64,000 nt of DNA from Candidatus Collierbacteria bacterium. Lineage in GTDB: Bacteria > Patescibacteriota > Microgenomatia > UBA1400 > JACPES01. Under the pieces are notes generated by a model that searched no databases, was not told the origin of the DNA, and was given only the letters and a program-made list of their open reading frames with translations. The stretch is taken from contig JACRNH010000003.1 in assembly GCA_016219325.1 (NCBI GenBank), positions 45,123 to 109,122 on the forward strand, written 5' to 3'. Positions 52,170 to 60,676 of the stretch are shown here, piece after piece; positions within the stretch are counted from its first letter, which is position 1; every line of letters starts with the position of its first letter. The translations under genes were made by a program, and so were the position numbers.

Positions 52170-52193
52170 ATTCATTAACGCATTAACGCATTA
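52147..52193. repeat. Inverted-arm octamer repeat across the alpha stop / beta start
   Basis: ttaatgga ttaatgga ttcatgaa ttcattaa cgcattaa cgcatta. Confidence 0.7.
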
Positions 52194-53041
52194 TGCCATC
52201 TTTAAATTCATTTAATACTTCCATCTTTCCCACCTGGTGTCCGGGGTGCGGGGATTTTGGAATTTGGGGAGCGTTAAAACAAGCCCTGGAATCATTAAAA
52301 ATAAATCCGGATCAAGCGGCATTTTTTTTCGGAGTCGGTTGTTCTGGAAACATTTCCAGTTTTATCAGAGGTTATGGTTTTCATTCACTTCACGGCCGGA
52401 GTATTGCCAATGCCGCCGGGGCTAAACTGGCTAATTATAAACTTCCTGTTATCGTAATCGCCGGTGACGGTGATATGTTGGGAGAAGGCTTAAGCCATTT
52501 TATTCACGCTGCCCGGGCCAATCATGACATTACAATAATTTTACATAATAATGGGGTATTTGGATTAACAACCGGCCAATCCTCGCCTACTGCCGAAATC
52601 GGATTTAAATCAAAACCGATGCCTTGGGAAACTACGGATGAACCGATAAACCCTTGCGCTCTGGCAATTATGCAGCAGGCCGGATTTGTATCACGGGGCT
52701 TTGCCGGGGATCAGGAAGGCTTATCCAATTTGATCAATCAGGCGATCAATCATTCGGGCTTTTCATTGGTTGATGTTCTTCAGCCCTGTGTTACATTTAA
52801 TCCGGATAAATCATACATTTGGTACAGGCAGAGAATAAAGTCTGTTGAGTCTGTTACAAGCGATGTTTTGACCGGGATTAAAAATTCATTATGGATTGAC
52901 GAGCGAATATCAACCGGAATTATTTATCAAAACTCAAGGCCCGCGTTCCATTCTAACTATCCACAATTGGTTAAAGATAATCTATTGGATACGACCGGGA
53001 AAAAGAGAGATATAAGTAAATTGCTGAATGGATTTAAATAG
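52193..53041 (+). CDS. 2-oxoacid:ferredoxin oxidoreductase beta subunit
   Basis: WCPGCGD, GVGCS, HSLHGR, GDGD...NN (TPP motif), QPCVTFN. Confidence 0.95.
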   Translation: MPSLNSFNTSIFPTWCPGCGDFGIWGALKQALESLKINPDQAAFFFGVGCSGNISSFIRGYGFHSLHGRSIANAAGAKLANYKLPVIVIAGDGDMLGEGLSHFIHAARANHDITIILHNNGVFGLTTGQSSPTAEIGFKSKPMPWETTDEPINPCALAIMQQAGFVSRGFAGDQEGLSNLINQAINHSGFSLVDVLQPCVTFNPDKSYIWYRQRIKSVESVTSDVLTGIKNSLWIDERISTGIIYQNSRPAFHSNYPQLVKDNLLDTTGKKRDISKLLNGFK

Positions 53042-53065
53042 ATTCCCGCTTTCGCGGGAATGACA
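53039..53065. repeat. Half REP-like element (GTCATT family) between convergent genes; possible terminator
   Basis: TAGATTCCCGCTTTCGCGGGAATGACA; overlaps the TAG stop. Confidence 0.8.
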
Positions 53066-53066
53066 G

Positions 53067-53696
53067 TTAATTAACCACAGGGTGGAATTTGCGGATAACG
53101 CCCACAACTTTTCCCTGAACTCTGACGCGGGTGGCGAAAATCGGCTGCATCTGGGAGTTTGCCGGTTCCAGCCTGATTCTGGTGGCTTCGCGGAAAAATC
53201 TTTTTAAGGTGGCCAATCCATTGTCTAAAAGGGCAACGACTATGTCTCCGTTATGAACCTCATCCTGTTCTTCAACGACTACATAATCTCCGTCAAGAAT
53301 TCCATCGTCAATCATTGATTGGCCTTTGACTTTTAAAACGTAAGCCCGGCGTTTTCCGGATAACATGTCAGGCGAAATGGATAGCGTAGTATGAGGATCT
53401 GCAAACGGGACAATCGGCGATCCGGCAGCGATAAATCCCATTACAGGCAATTCTACTCCGGTTGAAGTTTTGGAAATCTTGCGGTCGATTAATTCGATTC
53501 CGCGGACGGTGCCTTCATACTTTTTAATAATTCCTTTTCTGATTAAAGCTTCTAAATGTTCGTGGACTGTGGCTAAAGAAGTGACTCCCAATGCTATGGC
53601 AATTTCCTGTAAAGTAGGGGAATATCCGTGCTGCTGGATATATTGTGATAAAAATTCTACAATTTGTCTTTGGCGTCTGTAAAGTGTTACTGGCAT
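53067..53696 (-). CDS. lexA: SOS repressor LexA
   Basis: N-terminal wHTH (GYSPTLQEIA...ATVHEHL), Ala-Gly cleavage site (IAAGSP), Ser (GQSM) and Lys (ATLKR) catalytic residues. Confidence 0.97.
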   Translation of the reverse strand: MPVTLYRRQRQIVEFLSQYIQQHGYSPTLQEIAIALGVTSLATVHEHLEALIRKGIIKKYEGTVRGIELIDRKISKTSTGVELPVMGFIAAGSPIVPFADPHTTLSISPDMLSGKRRAYVLKVKGQSMIDDGILDGDYVVVEEQDEVHNGDIVVALLDNGLATLKRFFREATRIRLEPANSQMQPIFATRVRVQGKVVGVIRKFHPVVN

Positions 53697-53725
53697 TTGG
53701 GTTATATTATTTTAACGTTTGTGTC

Positions 53726-53755
53726 ATCTTAGCCCAAGCTTAGGCGAACTGTCAA
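53726..53755 (-). promoter_or_regulatory. lexA promoter with overlapping palindrome (candidate SOS box)
   Basis: Minus strand TTGACA-N18-TAAGAT. Imperfect palindrome TTAGCCCAAGCTTAGGCGAA (53729-53748) in the lexA/uvrB divergent spacer. Confidence 0.55.
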
Positions 53756-53776
53756 GAGGCAAAAACGCTATCAAAC

Positions 53777-56005
53777 ATGTTTAAACTACATTCACCATAT
53801 CAACCGACGGGGACACAACCGCAGGCAATTGCCAAACTTTCTGAATTGATTTCCGGAGGAAACCGGCATCAAACCCTGCTCGGGGTGACCGGTTCCGGCA
53901 AAACATTTGTGACGGCAAATGTTATCGCTAAACTTAATAAACCGACTTTGGTTATCGCCCACAATAAAACTTTAGCCGCTCAATTGTATCAGGAGTATAG
54001 GGATTTTTTCCCGGAAAACGCGGTTTCCTATTTTGTCAGCTATTACGACTATTATCAGCCGGAGGCCTATATTCCCCAGACCGACACTTATATCGAAAAG
54101 GAAACAGATATAAATGAAATGATTGATAAATTGAGGTTAAAAGCCACCGCCAATCTGGTTTCCCGCCGAGATGTGATAGTTGTTGCTTCCGTTTCTTGCA
54201 TTTATAACTTGGGAGAACCGCAGGAATATTTAAAGAGAGTTTTGAAATTGAGTCTGGGCCAGAAAATCACTTTGAGAGAGCTATCCGAAAAACTAGTTGA
54301 TTTAATGTACGTAAGATCGCAGATGGAATTATCAAGGTCAAACTTTAGAATCAGAGGAGACTGTTTGGATATCTGGCCGGCATACGAGGATTCGGTATTG
54401 AGAATTGAGATTGTGTCAGACAAAATAAAATCGATTTGTTGGCTCGACCCTATTTCTCTATTTCCTGATCCAAAACTAATAACTAATAACCAACAACCAA
54501 CAACTGTTGCTATTTACCCCGCCAAACACTACATTGCCGATTCTAAAGATATGCTGCCGGTATTTGCCCGGATTAGAAATGACCTGCGTTTAAGGGCAAA
54601 ACAATTAGAGGCAGGCGGCCGTGATCTGGAGGCAAAAAGATTGGTTCAAAAAGTGGAATATGATTTAGCGATGATTCAGGAATTGGGATACGTCAACGGG
54701 ATTGAAAATTATTCCCGTTACTTTGACCACCGTAATCCCGGCGATCCGCCATTTACTTTATTGGACTATTTTAAACAGTGCGATCCGAATTTTTTAACGG
54801 TTATTGACGAATCCCACATCACTCTTCCGCAGATAAAAGGAATGTTTAAAGGCGACCAGTCACGGAAACAAACATTGATTGATTTTGGTTTTAGATTGCC
54901 GGCTGCAATGGATAACCGGCCATTGCAATTTGATGAATTTTTGGGAAGAGTTAATCAGACGATTTATACGTCGGCAACGCCGGGAGATTGGGAGTTGGCA
55001 AAAAGCAATGAGCAGAAAACAAAGAGCAATGAGCAAAGAACAAATAGCAACAGAGTTGTGGAATTGTTGGTTAGACCGACGGGATTGATTGACCCGGAAA
55101 TTGAGGTTAGAAACGCCCAAAATCAGGTTCCGGATTTGGTGATGGAAATTTTAAAGCGCAAAGCCAAGAATGAGCGGGTTCTGGTGACGACTTTGACAAA
55201 AAAAACCGCTGAAGCCCTGGCTGAATATTTATCGGATGAAAATAAATTAAAAACTGTTATCGGTTCTCGGTCATCGGATTTCGGTTACCAGTCTTCCGGT
55301 TATCAGTTTGCCGGTCTTAAGACCGATAGACTGAAAACAGATAAACCTGAGACTGAAAACAGAAAACTGAAAACCGATAACAAATCTATATCTGATTTGC
55401 CCAAAGTGGCTTATCTCCACTCCGATATCAAAACCCTCGACCGTCAGGATACTTTGGATAAGTTGAGAAGGGGAGAAGTGGACGTGATTGTCGGGATCAA
55501 CCTATTGCGGGAAGGTTTGGATCTACCGGAAGTATCACTGGTTGCGATATTAGACGCCGATCAGGAAGGATTTTTAAGAAGCAAGACGAGCTTAATCCAA
55601 ACTATGGGGAGAGCCGCTCGTCATATTGACGGAAAAGTTATTCTTTATGCCTATAAAATCACCGATTCAATGAGCGAAGCGATTGATGAATCTGAAAGAA
55701 GACGGAAGGTTCAGATTGAATATAACTTGAAGCATAATATTTTCCCAAAGGGGATAAATAAGCCGGTGAGGGAGAAGTTAGTTGATAGAAGTCAGGAATT
55801 GGTGGCTGAAATTGATTTGCCGAAAGGAATCTCCAATAGATACGGGGTTAAAAAATTGGATGATTTAGATTTGAATTCTTTGTCTCCGCAGGATAAACAG
55901 TCAATGATCAAACATTTAAGAAAACAAATGCTGTCTGCCGCCGATAAACTAAACTTCGAAAAGGCGGCTGAAATTAGAGATAAAATCACAGAAATGAAAA
56001 GTTAA
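53777..56005 (+). CDS. uvrB: Excinuclease ABC subunit B with three repeat-derived insertions
   Basis: GVTGSGKT, YYDYYQPEAY, DESH, GINLLREGLD.PEV, GRAAR, C-terminal UVR domain. Confidence 0.98.
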   Translation: MFKLHSPYQPTGTQPQAIAKLSELISGGNRHQTLLGVTGSGKTFVTANVIAKLNKPTLVIAHNKTLAAQLYQEYRDFFPENAVSYFVSYYDYYQPEAYIPQTDTYIEKETDINEMIDKLRLKATANLVSRRDVIVVASVSCIYNLGEPQEYLKRVLKLSLGQKITLRELSEKLVDLMYVRSQMELSRSNFRIRGDCLDIWPAYEDSVLRIEIVSDKIKSICWLDPISLFPDPKLITNNQQPTTVAIYPAKHYIADSKDMLPVFARIRNDLRLRAKQLEAGGRDLEAKRLVQKVEYDLAMIQELGYVNGIENYSRYFDHRNPGDPPFTLLDYFKQCDPNFLTVIDESHITLPQIKGMFKGDQSRKQTLIDFGFRLPAAMDNRPLQFDEFLGRVNQTIYTSATPGDWELAKSNEQKTKSNEQRTNSNRVVELLVRPTGLIDPEIEVRNAQNQVPDLVMEILKRKAKNERVLVTTLTKKTAEALAEYLSDENKLKTVIGSRSSDFGYQSSGYQFAGLKTDRLKTDKPETENRKLKTDNKSISDLPKVAYLHSDIKTLDRQDTLDKLRRGEVDVIVGINLLREGLDLPEVSLVAILDADQEGFLRSKTSLIQTMGRAARHIDGKVILYAYKITDSMSEAIDESERRRKVQIEYNLKHNIFPKGINKPVREKLVDRSQELVAEIDLPKGISNRYGVKKLDDLDLNSLSPQDKQSMIKHLRKQMLSAADKLNFEKAAEIRDKITEMKS
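55255..55382. repeat. In-frame inverted-arm periodic hairpin inside uvrB
   Basis: TGTTATCGGTT pairs with AACCGATAACA; central palindrome CGGTCTTAAGACCG; 7/8-nt periodic arms. Confidence 0.85.
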
Positions 56006-56015
56006 ATGTTATCTT

Positions 56016-56073
56016 TGTCATTCCGTGCTTGACACGGAATCTATACAGATTTCATCTCAAGGCTGGAATGGCA
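56016..56073. repeat. REP/RPE-like palindromic element (GTCATT family, degenerate right half)
   Basis: TGTCATTCCGTGCTTGACACGGAATCT..AGATTTCA...TGGAATGGCA. Confidence 0.8.
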
Positions 56074-56109
56074 TAAATATCCTCGGGTATAATTAGATCT
56101 CAAAAATTT

Positions 56110-58800
56110 ATGGAAAACTATATTGAGGTTATTGGGGCCAAACAACATAATCTTAAGAATATCAGTGTTAAAATTCCCAAGAATAAACTGACGGTGATTA
56201 CGGGTGTATCGGGGAGCGGGAAGTCATCACTGGCGTTTGATACCATTTTTGCCGAAGGTCAAAGGCGGTATGTTGAGTCTTTATCTTCATATGCCAGGCA
56301 ATTTTTAGGGGTAATGAACAAACCGGACGTGGATAAGATTATCGGCTTGTCTCCGGCGATTGCCATTAACCAAAAAGCGGTTTCCAGCAATCCCAGAAGC
56401 ACTGTCGGAACTGTGACAGAAATCTATGATTATTTAAGAGTGTTATATTCCCGCGCCGGCCATCCTCATTGCGAAAAATGCGGCCGGGAAGTTAAACGCC
56501 AGTCCGTTGATCAAATTTCCGATTCAATTTTGGATCAGGCTAAATTATCGGCAGTTGGCCAAAAACCTTGCCTAATCGAAATATTTTCACCAATTATTGT
56601 TGATAAAAAGGGTGAATTTACCCAACTGTTTGAATCGTTGCGCCGGGATGGTTTTAAAGATGTTACCGTTGACGGCCAGAAGTTCAATCTTAATCATAAT
56701 TTTGTTTTAATCAAAACCAACCGCCACACCATAGAATTATCCGTTGATAAAATTTCAGTCACTAAAAAAGATTTTAAAAATCCTGACGGGCTTAAACTTA
56801 TTTCATCAAGGCTCTCTGAAACTGTTGAAATAGCTTCAAAAAAGTCAGGCGGGACGCTGCTGATCCAATTTGACGGTAAAGACAAAACTCTATTTTCCCA
56901 AAGCTTCGCCTGCCCAGTTTGCAATATCTCCCTGCCTGACATTGAGCCGCGGAGTTTTTCGTTTAACACCCCTTACGGGGCTTGTCCCGAATGCGATGGA
57001 TTAGGGACAATTCTTTCGGCCGATCCTGAAGCAGAAGAAAAAATTCCTAATTTGTTAAACCGTTATCTGGAAACCGACAATGAGGCAGTCAGAAAACGCT
57101 TAATCCCGTTTATCATAACCTCCGTTTGCCCCAGTTGTAATGGACAAAAGCTTAACAAAATTTCCAGAAATGTTACTGTGGCCGGAAAAAATATTGCCGA
57201 GATATCAAATTTAGCTGTTAAAGACTGTTTAAGCTTTATTGAGAAGCTTAATAAATCAGATGCCTTTTCGCCTCAAGAATCAGCGGTTTCAACTCCGATT
57301 GTCCGGGAACTTTCGATCAGATTAAAATTTTTAATTGACGTTGGTCTGGAATATTTAACTTTAGGCAGGACAGCCTCTTCTCTTTCATCCGGAGAAGCTC
57401 AAAGAATCAGGCTGGCTTCGCAAATCGGGACAGGTTTAACAGGGGTTTTATATGTTTTGGACGAGCCGACGATTGGCTTGCATCAACGGGATAATTCAAA
57501 ATTAATTCAGATTTTAAAATCATTAAGAGACTTGGGAAATACAGTCTTGGTAGTTGAACATGATCAGGAAACCATAGAAAACGCGGATTGGATGATTGAA
57601 ATCGGTCCAAAGGCCGGGAAAAATGGCGGGGAAATCATCGCGGAAGGAACAGTTGAAGATATTAAAAATAATAAAAAATCGTTGACTGGGGATTATTTGG
57701 CAGGAAGGAAGAAAGTAGAAATACAAAAGGTTAAAAGGTTAGAAGGTTACAAGGCTAATAAAATAGATTTTTCAACCTGCCAACCTGCCAACCTGCCAAC
57801 CTTAGAGTCCATTAAGCTCTCCGGCGCCTCCCAGCATAATTTAAAATCAGTTGACGTTGAATTCCCAATGGGCAAATTCATTTGCGTCACAGGCGTGTCA
57901 GGATCAGGAAAATCAACTTTGGTTCATGACACCCTTTATCATGCTCTTGCCCGAAGATTAAACCGCTATCATCACACCACTCCGGGAAAATTTGAAAGTT
58001 TTTCATTGCCGAATACCGTTAGCCAGGTCAGTTTGATTGATCAAAGCCCGATTGGGCGAACGCCGAGATCTAATCCGGCTACATACAGCGGAGTATTTGA
58101 CTATATCCGCCAAATTTTCAGCCAAACAAAAGAATCTAGAATCAGAGGATGGAAATCAGGCCGTTTCAGTTTTAACATCCCGGGAGGCAGATGCGAAACC
58201 TGTGAAGGCCAAGGACAAATAAAAGTTGAAATGCAGTTTATGCCGGATGTCTATGTTATCTGTGACGACTGTAAGGGAACAAGGTTTGGGCGTGAGACAT
58301 TAGAAGTCGTTTATTCCGGTAAAAATATTGCCGAAATTTTAAATTTAACCATAAATGAGGCCTGCGAAATGTTTGCCGGCTTTCCGGCCCTAAAATCAAG
58401 GTTGTTAATGTTAAGATCCGTAGGTTTAGGTTATTTAAGCTTAGGCCAGCCGGCGACAATTTTATCCGGCGGAGAAGCCCAAAGGATGAAATTATCCCGG
58501 GAGTTGGGGAAAATCAGGTCAGCCCATACTATATATTTACTGGATGAACCAACCACCGGGCTTCATTTTGACGATTTGCAGAAACTGATCGAAGTTTTAT
58601 TGAAACTTGTAAATCAAAATAATACCGTAATTGTGGTTGAGCACAATCTGGACGTTATCAGAAACGCCGAATGGATAATTGATCTTGGGCCCGAAGGCGG
58701 GGATGAGGGAGGAGAGATCGTTGCTGTCGGAACGCCGGAGCAAATAGCAAATAATCCTAAAAGTTATACTGGAAGATATCTCAAAAAACTAATAAACTAA
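56110..58800 (+). CDS. uvrA: Excinuclease ABC subunit A
   Basis: Two GVSGSGKS Walker A motifs, LS(S/G)GEAQR, LDEPT, CxxC zinc fingers. Confidence 0.98.
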   Translation: MENYIEVIGAKQHNLKNISVKIPKNKLTVITGVSGSGKSSLAFDTIFAEGQRRYVESLSSYARQFLGVMNKPDVDKIIGLSPAIAINQKAVSSNPRSTVGTVTEIYDYLRVLYSRAGHPHCEKCGREVKRQSVDQISDSILDQAKLSAVGQKPCLIEIFSPIIVDKKGEFTQLFESLRRDGFKDVTVDGQKFNLNHNFVLIKTNRHTIELSVDKISVTKKDFKNPDGLKLISSRLSETVEIASKKSGGTLLIQFDGKDKTLFSQSFACPVCNISLPDIEPRSFSFNTPYGACPECDGLGTILSADPEAEEKIPNLLNRYLETDNEAVRKRLIPFIITSVCPSCNGQKLNKISRNVTVAGKNIAEISNLAVKDCLSFIEKLNKSDAFSPQESAVSTPIVRELSIRLKFLIDVGLEYLTLGRTASSLSSGEAQRIRLASQIGTGLTGVLYVLDEPTIGLHQRDNSKLIQILKSLRDLGNTVLVVEHDQETIENADWMIEIGPKAGKNGGEIIAEGTVEDIKNNKKSLTGDYLAGRKKVEIQKVKRLEGYKANKIDFSTCQPANLPTLESIKLSGASQHNLKSVDVEFPMGKFICVTGVSGSGKSTLVHDTLYHALARRLNRYHHTTPGKFESFSLPNTVSQVSLIDQSPIGRTPRSNPATYSGVFDYIRQIFSQTKESRIRGWKSGRFSFNIPGGRCETCEGQGQIKVEMQFMPDVYVICDDCKGTRFGRETLEVVYSGKNIAEILNLTINEACEMFAGFPALKSRLLMLRSVGLGYLSLGQPATILSGGEAQRMKLSRELGKIRSAHTIYLLDEPTTGLHFDDLQKLIEVLLKLVNQNNTVIVVEHNLDVIRNAEWIIDLGPEGGDEGGEIVAVGTPEQIANNPKSYTGRYLKKLIN
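57727..57803. repeat. In-frame inverted-arm octamer hairpin inside uvrA
   Basis: (AAGGTTAN)x4 - loop - (NNCAACCT)x4; encodes KVKRLEGYKANKIDFSTCQPANLPT. Confidence 0.85.
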
Positions 58801-58807
58801 TAACCGA

Positions 58808-60676
58808 ATGCAGAAATCAATCTCAAAATTCTTTTTTGTACTTTCTTTTACCTTTTTGTACCTTTTTGTACCTTCTGCGGTTTTTGCCTCCTCCGATTTC
58901 TCCACTTCCTTCAACTCAACCTACGAAATCAGGGAAAATATTTCCGCCCATGCCGCTCATCAAGTTTCTCTGACTAATCTTAAAGAGAATACGTACGCTT
59001 CTGAATTTAGCCTGATCATCGGCAGTACTAATATTGACTCCATCACAGCCCGAGACCATTACGGATTACTTCCTGTGGCGGTAAATTCCAGAGATAACGG
59101 AGTGGCGGTGACAGTCAATCTGAAATCAAGGCCGGCTCTTGGAGTTAACCAAACGAAAGAATTTGTAATCCGTTACGAAAGCCGCGATACTGTCCAAAAG
59201 GTTGGAAGAATCATTGAAATTAACATTCCTAAACTTACCGGCTCCAGAGAATTCAATTCTTTTTCCACCAATTTACTGGTGCCGGTAAGTTTTGACGAGC
59301 CTTCAATTATGGTTCCTGAACCGACGAATAAAACCTCAACCAGTAAATTTTCTAACTATGTATTTGATAGAAACGACGAAACTGGAATCTCGGCTGTTTT
59401 CGGCCAATCCCAAACCTTTGCGGTCAAACTTCAATATTTTTTGGAAAACCCGGAAGACGGCCAGGAAATGAACCAAATTGCCCTTCCACCGGATACTGCT
59501 TATCAAAAGATCAATATTCAAAAAATAAATCCTAAACCCAAAAGCATTGAGGCCGACGCGGACGGTAATTGGCTGGCATGGTATAAATTAGCGCCAAAAC
59601 AAAAAGTTACTGTTGAGGTGGATTTATCCATTGAATTGACCATGACGCCCTTTTCTTTTGGATATGCGGTTCCCTTGCCTGATCATTTAAAATCTACCAG
59701 ATATTGGCAAGCGGATGATCCGGAGATAGCAGCCTTGGCCGGAAAATTAAAAACACCGCGCCAAATATATGATTATGTTGTCTCCAATTTGACTTATGAT
59801 TATGAAAGAGCCGGGAAAAGCGGTGAGAGAAAAGGCGCCAAATTTGCCCTTTCTAATCCTAATTCTGCTATTTGCACCGAATTCACAGATCTTTTTGTGG
59901 CATTAGCTCGGGCAGCCGGAATTCCGGCCCGTGAACTTGAAGGTTTTGCCTGGACTGAAAATCCCAAGCTCCGGCCGCTGTCATTATCTTCGGATATCTT
60001 GCACGCGTGGCCTGAATATTGGGATAAAGATAAGAATGTGTGGGTGCAAATTGACCCGACTTGGGGAAATACCAGCGGAAATATAGATTATTTTTCAAAA
60101 CTGGATTTTAACCATATTGTTTTTGCCATTCACGGTAGGTCTGACGTTTCTCCTCTTTCCGCCGGATTTTATAAAACCAACGATGATCAAAAAAAAACTG
60201 TCAGGGTGGAGCCAAGGAACGTCAGGTTAAGTTTCGATCAGGGTCCAGAAGTAAAAATTATTGTTCCGAATATTATGCCTACCTATAAATTTAACCCTAT
60301 TTCCGTTAAATTTTCAAATTCACCTTCATACGGCGTTTACGGTATTCCGGTTTCGGTTGAGTCACCGGAATCAAAAATAAGTTCTGCCGGAATAGTGTCT
60401 GTTAATCTATTGCCTTTTGAAAACAAAGAAGTAGAAATTAAAATCAAGCCCAAAAACTTTTGGCGGTCCGGCCCAATTCCGGTAACAGTTAAAATAGGAT
60501 CTAAGATTTATGAGTATAGGCCAAAAGGAGTTTCTCCTCTTAAACCAATCATTGGAATTCTTATTGGAACCGCTGCGATCTCCGGCGTTCTCTTTGCTGC
60601 CGTCCGCTCCGGGAATTTACGTCTTCCTGGATTCATCGGGAATTCCGATCTATATCGGAAAATCAAAAAATCTTAA
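58808..60676 (+). CDS. Secreted/membrane-anchored transglutaminase-like protein
   Basis: ICTEFTDLFVALARAAGIPAR, LHAWPEYWD, QIDPTW (Cys-His-Asp triad); signal peptide and C-terminal TM. Confidence 0.9.
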   Translation: MQKSISKFFFVLSFTFLYLFVPSAVFASSDFSTSFNSTYEIRENISAHAAHQVSLTNLKENTYASEFSLIIGSTNIDSITARDHYGLLPVAVNSRDNGVAVTVNLKSRPALGVNQTKEFVIRYESRDTVQKVGRIIEINIPKLTGSREFNSFSTNLLVPVSFDEPSIMVPEPTNKTSTSKFSNYVFDRNDETGISAVFGQSQTFAVKLQYFLENPEDGQEMNQIALPPDTAYQKINIQKINPKPKSIEADADGNWLAWYKLAPKQKVTVEVDLSIELTMTPFSFGYAVPLPDHLKSTRYWQADDPEIAALAGKLKTPRQIYDYVVSNLTYDYERAGKSGERKGAKFALSNPNSAICTEFTDLFVALARAAGIPARELEGFAWTENPKLRPLSLSSDILHAWPEYWDKDKNVWVQIDPTWGNTSGNIDYFSKLDFNHIVFAIHGRSDVSPLSAGFYKTNDDQKKTVRVEPRNVRLSFDQGPEVKIIVPNIMPTYKFNPISVKFSNSPSYGVYGIPVSVESPESKISSAGIVSVNLLPFENKEVEIKIKPKNFWRSGPIPVTVKIGSKIYEYRPKGVSPLKPIIGILIGTAAISGVLFAAVRSGNLRLPGFIGNSDLYRKIKKS

